Below are positions 56,002 through 64,000 of a stretch of 64,000 bases of DNA, in pieces. Position numbers and translations under genes: made by a program. Numbering within the stretch: the stretch's first letter is position 1; each line of letters starts with the position of its first letter. Source of the stretch: Candidatus Kapaibacterium sp. (lineage in GTDB: Bacteria > Bacteroidota > Ignavibacteria > Kapaibacteriales > UBA2268); the NCBI GenBank assembly GCA_963664875.1, contig OY761611.1, positions 1,216,001 through 1,280,000 on the forward strand, read 5' to 3'. Under the pieces are notes generated by a model. The model was not told where the DNA came from and searched no databases. It saw only the letters and a list, made by a program, of their open reading frames with translations.

Positions 56002-58704
56002 CTATGTTAAGTTCTGTTGTATATGTAGAATGCAAGCTTCGGGCATTTCGCACCAATCAGAATATGTTATGGGAATTACTTTTAGTCCTGCTCTGTTGAA
56101 CATTTTATATCTCTCGATAGGATATGCATCGGCAAAGTCGCCGGGGAAACCTATTAAGTCTATTCCGAGTGCTTTATCGCCGTTAGTTACAACTAAATCC
56201 ATCGTGTGCCCTGCTATTGGCACAGCAGAAAGCACTCTTAGATTCATGTTATTTAATCTGTCGATGATTGCAGCAGCAAAATGGTCATAATTCTCATTCG
56301 AATCGGTAAAATTATTCTTTACTCCACCCGAATAAAAATCAAAGAACTTATGCAGCAAGCTACCTGATTTGAGTGATTCTTTTCTGATAGAATGTACGAT
56401 GTATTGCTTTGATTTTGCTCTTGTTATAGCTACATTAAAGACATTAGGAATTTCCATAAATCTATATGCAGCACTATGGCTGTCAGTATCGAGAGACAAA
56501 GAAATAAACATAATATCCCGCTCTTCTCCCTGAAATGAATGAGCTGTACCTACTAAGATGTTATGTTTGTCTATAGTCTGAAGAGGAAAATGCTTCATTA
56601 TTTCAGAGGATATATAGTCAACCTGCTTTCTAAAAGGCGACAATACTCCTATGCTTGGTGTTTCCATAATATCAGATTCAACAATTTCTTTTATTTTTTT
56701 GATTATCCACTCCGTCTCCGATTTATTGTATCCTGCTTCTTCTCTTTTCCCATCTTCACAGAAATTAAAAACAACCGGATGATGTCCATAATTTATAGGC
56801 TTTTCAGTCATGATTTTCAATCTCCGGTCGTAAAACTCTTTATTACTGAAGCTGATAATTTCAGGCAATGAGCGGTAATGTTCATTCAAAAAGACAACAC
56901 TCTGCTGGCTTGCAATTTTTTCGGAAAAAAGGTCTAAAACAGAGGTGTTTCTATAGTCATATTCCATAGTTTCTGCCATATCATACTTAGCCAGAAATTC
57001 CGACTGTTTTGCTTTGGACAGAAACGATATATGCCTAAGCTGGTTAGGATCACCGGCAATCACTGCTTTTTTTGCCCTTTGCAGAGATGGAAGGCAAGAA
57101 GCAATGTCACATTGTGTTGCTTCATCAATAATAACAACATCAAATAGCTCCTTTTGGAGAGGAAGTACTTTGTGGATGTCGCTCAAATTGACCAGCCACA
57201 CAGGAAATATCTGCAATAAGACCGAAAAATCTATAGAGTTAAACAGATCTTCCTGTTTACCTCCGGTTCTGCTACTAATCGCCTGCAAAAAGGTATTCAG
57301 CACGGTTCGATGTTGTTTTAAAGATTGATTGATTCTTAAGGTATTATTTTCACTTGTATATCTGCTTATCCGGTTTATTTTTTGATTTAGTAAGGCGTCA
57401 TAGTCTTCAAAAATTTGCCACAACTGCTTTTTGCTACCAAATTTTAACAGCCACTTTTGCAGAGCAACAAAGATTGAACTCTCCTTTTTTGCATAAAGGT
57501 TACCAATTTTGATTTCTTTACGGCTTTTCTTTTTCAGCTGCTGTTCAGTTTTTTTGATGACTGAATCTATATTTAATATTTCTTTTTTTAGTGTCGCTAA
57601 AGTCTTTTTGTCGATAGATTCGTCTTTATACATACTATTTAGCAGTCTTTTCAGAAAGTCTTTTAGTTCTTTAAGATAGCTCTGTTTGCCACCTCGAACT
57701 ATACAACCTGATATATTAAGTTGTTTGTTGATTTTATCAGCGATAACATCAACAGCTTGATTCATTTTCGAAGCTATCAGAACACTTTTACCCCGGCTGA
57801 GTTGCTCCATAGCCAGCGACGCTATAGTATAAGATTTGCCAGTGCCGGGCGGCCCTATAATTAAAGTGTGAACGCTACTATTTACAGAATGCATTACTGC
57901 TTCCTGGGCTCTACTCAATATGGCGGGAACAAAACATGTATTGCTCTCAGGTGAAGTTGCTACTTTATTTTCCAGAATAAATAATTGAGTAAGAGCTTGA
58001 GAATAATCATTGATTTCTATCAATCTGTTCAGTTCTTCTACTACTCCCCTTGCTTCGTTTGGCTTGTTTGCAAGTGCGATGAAAGAACAGGGAATTAGCT
58101 CGAAATAGTCTTCCTTTTTCGCTTTTACAGATTTTATTATTTCTTTTAGTCGCTTTTCGGAAGTTAATTCAGGAAACTGTGTAAATTCTAAAGTTTTTAT
58201 GGCAGGTACTCTTTCTTCTAATAGTCTTGTGATTGTGGCTATTGAGTTGTTAGAAAGTACTGCTTCGCCTGTTAGTAAATCTTGAAAGTCTGCAATACTG
58301 TGAGTATCTTCTTCTGTAATAGTTTCTATCAACATATCATTGAAAGACAGAGTGCCCGACTGCAACTCAACAGAATAATCATCCTCGTTTTGAAGAATGT
58401 TTGCATTTTGAGTAAGCAAAGGCGAACAAAAAAAGTCAGATATCTGCTCTTGCCATTTTATACCAACTATCAAACCTGTGCAATATATGATTTCTTTCTC
58501 TTTACGATAGATATAAGCTTTTTTACTGAGATTTTCTGCATAGTCAGACTCCAGTGAGATAAACGGAAAAAAACCGTTTATAAGCTCTTCCTTTCCGCTT
58601 ACGAAACTGAGCAGTTCAATATCTTTTGCAAAAATATCTTTGATATACTTCCTGTTTTTGTCTGCAAAATAGCAATCAGCAAAGTATGATATTGTGTTTT
58701 TCAT
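56002..58704 (-). CDS. Superfamily 1 (UPF1/DNA2-like) helicase with C-terminal Vsr/MTES_1575-like nuclease-fold domain
   Basis: GPPGTGKS, IIDEATQ, GDPNQL, HYRS, SPFRKQ, TAHSFQGEERD and NVAITRAK motifs. C-terminal AG..MDLVV...LGID..G...GLKVIPI...W. Confidence 0.85.
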   Translation of the reverse strand: MKNTISYFADCYFADKNRKYIKDIFAKDIELLSFVSGKEELINGFFPFISLESDYAENLSKKAYIYRKEKEIIYCTGLIVGIKWQEQISDFFCSPLLTQNANILQNEDDYSVELQSGTLSFNDMLIETITEEDTHSIADFQDLLTGEAVLSNNSIATITRLLEERVPAIKTLEFTQFPELTSEKRLKEIIKSVKAKKEDYFELIPCSFIALANKPNEARGVVEELNRLIEINDYSQALTQLFILENKVATSPESNTCFVPAILSRAQEAVMHSVNSSVHTLIIGPPGTGKSYTIASLAMEQLSRGKSVLIASKMNQAVDVIADKINKQLNISGCIVRGGKQSYLKELKDFLKRLLNSMYKDESIDKKTLATLKKEILNIDSVIKKTEQQLKKKSRKEIKIGNLYAKKESSIFVALQKWLLKFGSKKQLWQIFEDYDALLNQKINRISRYTSENNTLRINQSLKQHRTVLNTFLQAISSRTGGKQEDLFNSIDFSVLLQIFPVWLVNLSDIHKVLPLQKELFDVVIIDEATQCDIASCLPSLQRAKKAVIAGDPNQLRHISFLSKAKQSEFLAKYDMAETMEYDYRNTSVLDLFSEKIASQQSVVFLNEHYRSLPEIISFSNKEFYDRRLKIMTEKPINYGHHPVVFNFCEDGKREEAGYNKSETEWIIKKIKEIVESDIMETPSIGVLSPFRKQVDYISSEIMKHFPLQTIDKHNILVGTAHSFQGEERDIMFISLSLDTDSHSAAYRFMEIPNVFNVAITRAKSKQYIVHSIRKESLKSGSLLHKFFDFYSGGVKNNFTDSNENYDHFAAAIIDRLNNMNLRVLSAVPIAGHTMDLVVTNGDKALGIDLIGFPGDFADAYPIERYKMFNRAGLKVIPITYSDWCEMPEACILHIQQNLT

Positions 58705-58895
58705 AAACCAAACTCATAGAATTGTATGCACAGTTTTTGAGAAAATACTTAGAAATGCTACAATCTGCAATTTTTTTATTTGTCCAAAGCTAATCCCAAC
58801 TGAGATTTTAGTTAGTATTGATATGAGAAGCTGATTGAAAAAATTGAGGGTGGTTGTGAGTTTAAACTTTAGAGGTCTTCCTTTTAAAACTGGAA

Positions 58896-58943
58896 TAGCT
58901 TCTGTCTTTCGGACATATATTATTCTTTGAGAGACAGAAGCTA
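58896..58943 (-). terminator. Inverted repeat downstream of the WG-repeat gene
   Basis: TAGCTTCTGTCT...AGACAGAAGCTA 12-bp stem with a long loop. Confidence 0.5.
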
Positions 58944-58984
58944 ATTCGTTTAATATTTTGTATTTCCTATTGCGGAGTAGATAT

Positions 58985-60139
58985 CTATTGATTTCTATAT
59001 AAATCCTGGAGAACTGAATTGTGTTCCGATTTGTCTAAAATTGTCCAGATTCTGTTTCCTTTTGTGTCAATATAAAATAGCTCTCCATCTGCCCAAACCT
59101 TAGCTAAGCCTGAATCAAAATCTTCTACAAAATCATATTCGGGGTAGATAACTACTTTGTTGTTTCTATCTATAAAACCGTATTTACCATCTTTTTCGAA
59201 AGCTATCAGACCGTTGTAGGAATTACTTAAGTAGTAATATTGAGGTTGAATAAGCCACTTGCCATCTTTATCAAGTAAACCCCACTTTTCTCCTACCATA
59301 ACAGGAACTACTCCCTCACGCAGCAATCCGGTTTTGACATACTTTGGCTCAATAATGTAGTTCCCTTTTTTATCAATAAAACCAAAATATTTGTCTGACA
59401 TCACCTTGGCAAAGCCTTCGTTAAACGGAGTAGCAAAATCAAACTGAGGTCGAATTTCTATATCATAGTCATGATTCATATATCCCCATTTACCCTTAAT
59501 TTTAACTCCAGCTAAGCCTTCTGAAAATATATCAGCTTCTTCAAATGTTTTAGTGCTTAGCCACAAATCATTTGAAAGATAAGTATAAGGCTCATCTTTA
59601 GCATCAGCTAAAAGCACTATGGCTTTGCCCTCGTAAAAATCAGAGATATAGAAAAATCTATCATAATAGACAGTAACCCGTCCGGTATCAGTTTTCATTC
59701 TCTGCATAGCAGAAACGCGTTGACCGTATTTGTCAATTAAGCCATATTGAGAAGGTGTAGTTTGTAGTACAAATTTCGCATAAGAATTAGAAAAAGCTGA
59801 GTAACCGGGGCGGGTTACGCTCAGTACTTCTTCTCCGTACACATTGATATATTTATATTCGTTCCAGATACTGAAAAGCCCAAAAAGTCGATAAGGCTCT
59901 CTGACAAAAGCCAGACCATCAGAAAAGTAGGCAGATTTTTCAAATACTATATCGGCAAGTTCCTTTCCGTTTACATTCATTTTTGCTTTATTAAAATAGG
60001 GATAAAACTCACCTGATATTATAATAGCTCCGGTAGAATCTATATAAGAAACATAGTCTCCGTCTAAAACAGGAAATAGTTTGGCTTCGAGTCGTATAGT
60101 GGAAATTAAACAAAAAACAAAGAGAATTAAATATTTCAT
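58985..60139 (-). CDS. Secreted WG (KWG) repeat protein
   Basis: Signal peptide. Repeated FSEGLAGV..GKWGYM, FNEGFAKV..YFGFID and EGVVPV..KWGLLD units. Confidence 0.9.
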   Translation of the reverse strand: MKYLILFVFCLISTIRLEAKLFPVLDGDYVSYIDSTGAIIISGEFYPYFNKAKMNVNGKELADIVFEKSAYFSDGLAFVREPYRLFGLFSIWNEYKYINVYGEEVLSVTRPGYSAFSNSYAKFVLQTTPSQYGLIDKYGQRVSAMQRMKTDTGRVTVYYDRFFYISDFYEGKAIVLLADAKDEPYTYLSNDLWLSTKTFEEADIFSEGLAGVKIKGKWGYMNHDYDIEIRPQFDFATPFNEGFAKVMSDKYFGFIDKKGNYIIEPKYVKTGLLREGVVPVMVGEKWGLLDKDGKWLIQPQYYYLSNSYNGLIAFEKDGKYGFIDRNNKVVIYPEYDFVEDFDSGLAKVWADGELFYIDTKGNRIWTILDKSEHNSVLQDLYRNQ

Positions 60140-60178
60140 GATTTAATAAAAGTAGTGAACAAAAACAATAGTCATAAT

Positions 60179-60649
60179 TTACAAATTGAATTTCAAATCG
60201 AGAACTTTTTTTCTATGTTCAAAGATTTCTTTTACTTTGGTATCAACAATTTTTTGGGTCATTAATCTGCCAAGCAATCCCATTGGTACTGCGTAGTGTA
60301 TTATATCCTTCATTTCTGTTTTATCGCCGATTTTGCGAAAGAAATGCTGATGGTGCCAGAATTTATATGGGCCAAACCTCTGCTCATCTACAAAGTACTC
60401 CATTTCTCTTACATGTGTAATCTCAGTTACCCAATTAATTGGAATGCCGAGCAAAGGTGTAACTTTGTATTTGATTATCATTCCCTGATACATTTTAGGC
60501 GGTAAATCAGTTAATATTTTAAATCTAAGATATTCAGGGGTTATTTCTTCAAGATTTTTAGGGGATGAAAAATATTCCCATGCCTGCTCTATCGTCATAT
60601 TTAGGACTTGATTTGCTTCATATTTTTTTACCATATCTATAGCCTCCAA
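60179..60649 (-). CDS. SRPBCC family protein
   Basis: AWEYFSSPKNLEEITP, WVTEITHV and FVDEQRFGPYKFWHHQHFF motifs. Confidence 0.9.
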   Translation of the reverse strand: MEAIDMVKKYEANQVLNMTIEQAWEYFSSPKNLEEITPEYLRFKILTDLPPKMYQGMIIKYKVTPLLGIPINWVTEITHVREMEYFVDEQRFGPYKFWHHQHFFRKIGDKTEMKDIIHYAVPMGLLGRLMTQKIVDTKVKEIFEHRKKVLDLKFNL

Positions 60650-60715
60650 TTGCGTTAAGAATCATAAAGGAATAGAATGCTTACCGTTCAAATAATTGCA
60701 AATCAGAGATCGAAA

Positions 60716-61498
60716 TTATACTGTGTGCGTATATCTGTCCATAAACTCGACAACCGTCGGATCTTGTGAAGCTCTCAGAGCTTGCACATCACCATAGAAT
60801 TGCACCTTGCCGTCGTGGAGCATTGTTACTTTATGTGCGACCCTATCGACGGAAAACATATCATGAGTAATTACAATAGAAGTAACTTTGAACTTTTGTG
60901 CAAGCTCGCTTATCAGCATATCTATTTGTTCGGAAGTAACGGGATCTAAACCTGTAGTTGGTTCATCGTAAAAAATATATTCGGGATCGCCAACCAAGCC
61001 TCTTGCAACGCCTACTCTTTTCCGCATACCTCCGGATAAATCAGATGGTTTTTTATTTTTTAGTATTTCCCATTCTTTGCTGAACGCCGCTGTTTCAATT
61101 TCACTAATATCAGGCAACAAGCCAACAGCTGACAAAACTTTCTGTGCTCTTGGTTCGAGCAGTTTTAAATCTCTTTCTCCATGTTCGTATAAGCCGATAA
61201 TTACATTTTCGAACACAGTATAAGAATCAAATAGTGCTGCTCCCTGAAACACAAAACCCATTTTTTTACGCAAATCAAATAAGTTTTTTTTGGCAAGAGC
61301 ACTTACTTCAAATCCATCTACTTTTACACTGCCCTCATCCGGTTCCAAAAGCCCGACAATATGCTTAAGCAAAACGCTTTTTCCGCAGCCTGACTTGCCA
61401 ATTATACACATAGTCTGACCTTTTGGTATTTCAAAGCTTACACCATTCAATATTTTTTTTGCACCAAAAGCTTTATGCAAATTTTTAATCTCTATCAA
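60716..61498 (-). CDS. ABC transporter ATP-binding protein, MlaF/Mkl family
   Basis: GKSGCGKS, FQGAALFDS, LSGGMRKRVG and YDEPTTGLDP motifs. TTG start at LIEIK after AAGGA. Confidence 0.9.
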   Translation of the reverse strand: MIEIKNLHKAFGAKKILNGVSFEIPKGQTMCIIGKSGCGKSVLLKHIVGLLEPDEGSVKVDGFEVSALAKKNLFDLRKKMGFVFQGAALFDSYTVFENVIIGLYEHGERDLKLLEPRAQKVLSAVGLLPDISEIETAAFSKEWEILKNKKPSDLSGGMRKRVGVARGLVGDPEYIFYDEPTTGLDPVTSEQIDMLISELAQKFKVTSIVITHDMFSVDRVAHKVTMLHDGKVQFYGDVQALRASQDPTVVEFMDRYTHTV

Positions 61499-61548
61499 TC
61501 CACTATTCCTTTTACATATCAGAATAAAAAACAAACGATTGGTAATAT

Positions 61549-64000
61549 TTAGCTGACTTTGACTACAACCACAGTCATATCGTCGTATTGGCTGTTTGAG
61601 CCTGCAAACTTTTCAACTTCGTTAATTATGCAATCCCTAATGCCTTTAGCATCCAAATCAGATTTATCTTTTAGTATTTCAAGCAGTTTATCGCCGTCAA
61701 ATTCTTCACCGGCATAGTTTCTTGCTTCTACTACTCCATCGGTAACAAAAAGAAAAATATCACCCTGATTATAATCTATTTCAATTTGCTCGAGATTTCT
61801 ATCAAAAAGATTCTCTTTACTAATACCAAGCACTATGCCTTTAGGGACTAATTTGTCCACAGATCTGTCTGCTGCTCTAAATAAATAAAGAGGTAAATGC
61901 CCTGCCCGTGCCAGAAGTATTCTTTTCTTCGTTATGTCAAATTTTGCACCAATTACCGAAATAAAAGAATTTTTCTCCATTGATTTATAAAGCAAAGTAT
62001 TTGTCTTAATAAATAACTCTTGTGGTGAAAAATCAAATTCGCTCAGAGTTCTCAAAATACCTTGTGCTTTTGACATATACAGTGCAGCACTTGTACCTTT
62101 GCCACTTACATCACCAACCACAATTGTTAACTTATCAGGCTGACCATTAAGGAAATCGTAAAAATCACCACCAACTTCGAGTGCAGGTACCGATTTGCCA
62201 GAAATATCTAAGTTGCTGAACTCTGGAATACTTGGCGGTAAAGATGCAAGTTGGATTTTTCTTGCAAGGTCTAATTCGTGCTTCATTCTTTCTCTTTTAG
62301 CCAAATCCTCGTAAAGGAATGCGTTTTCAGCAGCGATAGAGACCTGATTGCATATTATTGTGAATAATTCCATATCGTCAGCATGGTAGGCAGTTTCAGA
62401 TTGTTTTTCGCCTGTGATGATTATTCCAATCAAATTCCCTTTATTCAAAATTGGGAATACATACTTAAACCCGCAAGACTCGAAAACATTTTTCAGTTTT
62501 TCCGGAAGATATTCTACAGGCATTGCACCAGTGTAGTTTTCAACTGATTTAATTATCTGAGCACCAACTGCTATAAAGAACTCACTCAGCTCTTTTGTTT
62601 CGACTCCGTCGTAGCTTTGGGCAGAAATTTTATTCCCGTCTTTGAAAAACATAACACCACTGCTTTTCAAACCTATAAACAAACCAAGTTTCTGCACCAC
62701 TGCTTTGGACAAATCTTTCAGAGAATGATTGTCCTGAATCAACTCAGAAAACTTTTCAGAGAGTTTGCGAAAATCGAATTTGAATCTATAATATTTAGAA
62801 TCAATAAAAAGACTAAATCGTCTGTCGAAATATCTTAAAATGAAGAAAAATATCAAAGCAATCCCGGCAAGCAGTATCTTTTGGTAAATCATATCCAAAT
62901 CCGGTGCTAAAGGATGCTTAAGCACTTCGAGCGATGAACCGTTGAAATGCAGGTTAGGTAAGATAATGTGCTGTTTGGAAGCTATCCACAAAACAGAAAG
63001 AAAAATCACTATCAGACTTAAGCGCCAAAGTCCAATAATAAAAAAGTACTGGATGTTGCGTCGAATCCGAATATTAAGTCCCAATAGCTGGTATCTGCCT
63101 ATGGTATATAGATATGCTAACGGAATAAGAATAAAAAGCAGGGGTGCGTACTCTTTTGCATATTCGAATATTTGAGTAAATATACTATTAGAAGGCAAAA
63201 ACACTCTCAGATCTGTAACAAAAAACACAGAAATCAAAAGGACTATTGCTAAACTCGAATTCAGAGCCCAGCGTATGGCTTTCCCTCGCCTAACATCTTC
63301 TTTTGAAGTTTTGTCTCTGTTGAAAATTTTCACCAAAAACACGTACAATAAAATGAGCAGTATGTATCCCATCCCAAAGTAAATATACAGCAATCCTTCC
63401 TGAAGGACATAATACCAAATAACTGATGAAACCAGCCCAAGTATCCCGATGATATACATAGTCCATACAAACCATGGCTTTGAAGTGTAGGCTTTGTTTT
63501 CATCCGGAAAATGGAAAGTACTATGCAAGAAAACAGGAATGCCAATAAAGAAACTGATGTGGTAAATTGCCATCATCAATTCGGAAAAATGGTCAAAATT
63601 CTTGGGATAGATATCTATAGCAAAAGAAATTAGAAACCCAATCAAAACAAGCCCCATACTTGTTAAACGGGCTGAGCGAAGCTCCGGTCTCTTAAAACCA
63701 ATATAAAAGCCTAAGGCAATAGTAAGCATTCCGGAAATTAGGAACAGGAACTTATTAAAAGATATGCCATAACGAGCAAGATTTACAGTTATATCAAGCT
63801 TTTCTCCATTTCTTAAAATGGTATAAGTCAAAGGGTGTTCCTTTCCTTCAATTCTGGCAATTCTATCAGCCTCGAACATATCTTTGAAAGTTTTGCCGTC
63901 AATAGCTACAATCATATCCCATCTTTTCATGCCGGCTCGGTCGGAAGCTCCATCGGGTGCGACATTACTAACCATTACAATTGATTCTTGATACTCAAAA
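61549..64000 (-). CDS. Membrane sensor phosphatase: PDZ, multi-TM, GAF, PP2C/SpoIIE (5' end outside window)
   Basis: PDZ (V.PDGASDRAGMK..D.IVAIDG), many TM helices, GAF, then VGGDFYD, VGDVSGKG, RAGH, TDGVVEA and DDMT. Confidence 0.9.
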   Translation of the reverse strand, partial: FEYQESIVMVSNVAPDGASDRAGMKRWDMIVAIDGKTFKDMFEADRIARIEGKEHPLTYTILRNGEKLDITVNLARYGISFNKFLFLISGMLTIALGFYIGFKRPELRSARLTSMGLVLIGFLISFAIDIYPKNFDHFSELMMAIYHISFFIGIPVFLHSTFHFPDENKAYTSKPWFVWTMYIIGILGLVSSVIWYYVLQEGLLYIYFGMGYILLILLYVFLVKIFNRDKTSKEDVRRGKAIRWALNSSLAIVLLISVFFVTDLRVFLPSNSIFTQIFEYAKEYAPLLFILIPLAYLYTIGRYQLLGLNIRIRRNIQYFFIIGLWRLSLIVIFLSVLWIASKQHIILPNLHFNGSSLEVLKHPLAPDLDMIYQKILLAGIALIFFFILRYFDRRFSLFIDSKYYRFKFDFRKLSEKFSELIQDNHSLKDLSKAVVQKLGLFIGLKSSGVMFFKDGNKISAQSYDGVETKELSEFFIAVGAQIIKSVENYTGAMPVEYLPEKLKNVFESCGFKYVFPILNKGNLIGIIITGEKQSETAYHADDMELFTIICNQVSIAAENAFLYEDLAKRERMKHELDLARKIQLASLPPSIPEFSNLDISGKSVPALEVGGDFYDFLNGQPDKLTIVVGDVSGKGTSAALYMSKAQGILRTLSEFDFSPQELFIKTNTLLYKSMEKNSFISVIGAKFDITKKRILLARAGHLPLYLFRAADRSVDKLVPKGIVLGISKENLFDRNLEQIEIDYNQGDIFLFVTDGVVEARNYAGEEFDGDKLLEILKDKSDLDAKGIRDCIINEVEKFAGSNSQYDDMTVVVVKVS

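Noticed and set aside
58985-60139. Periodic sequence as a CRISPR array or DNA repeat
   Set aside because: The periodicity is at protein level (WG repeats). No identical spaced DNA repeats or cas genes were seen anywhere in the window.

Overview
AT-rich chromosomal window from a Gram-negative bacterium, probably of the FCB group (Ignavibacteria/Kapabacteria-like; inferred from TAnnTTTG promoter motifs together with Shine-Dalgarno sites and acidic lipoprotein export signals). The housekeeping backbone is lpxB/lpxK, ruvC, smc, an enoyl-CoA hydratase, an isolated nuoC, mscS, glgP and tsaC-ptsH-ptsI. It is interspersed with many PAS/Cache/GAF histidine kinases, PP2C phosphatases and a 1790-aa secreted repeat protein. 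The standout is a ~10.3-kb divergent respiratory island (39905-50241) with 53 c-type heme motifs in six cytochromes. The left arm encodes a 13-heme CbcA-like membrane-anchored cytochrome, an in-frame fusion of a CbcB/PhsC-type cytochrome b to an ImcH-like NapC/NirT 7-heme domain, an 11-heme lipoprotein with a free GGCSG cysteine, and a tandem-rhodanese lipoprotein. The right arm encodes a tetraheme c554-like protein and a porin-cytochrome conduit (6-heme lipoprotein, beta-barrel, 12-heme protein). Together these look like a self-contained quinol-to-cell-surface electron pathway, possibly ending in sulfur/polysulfide or selenium reduction. Family assignments come from motif recognition, not database searches. 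No rRNA, tRNA, CRISPR array or transposase was seen.
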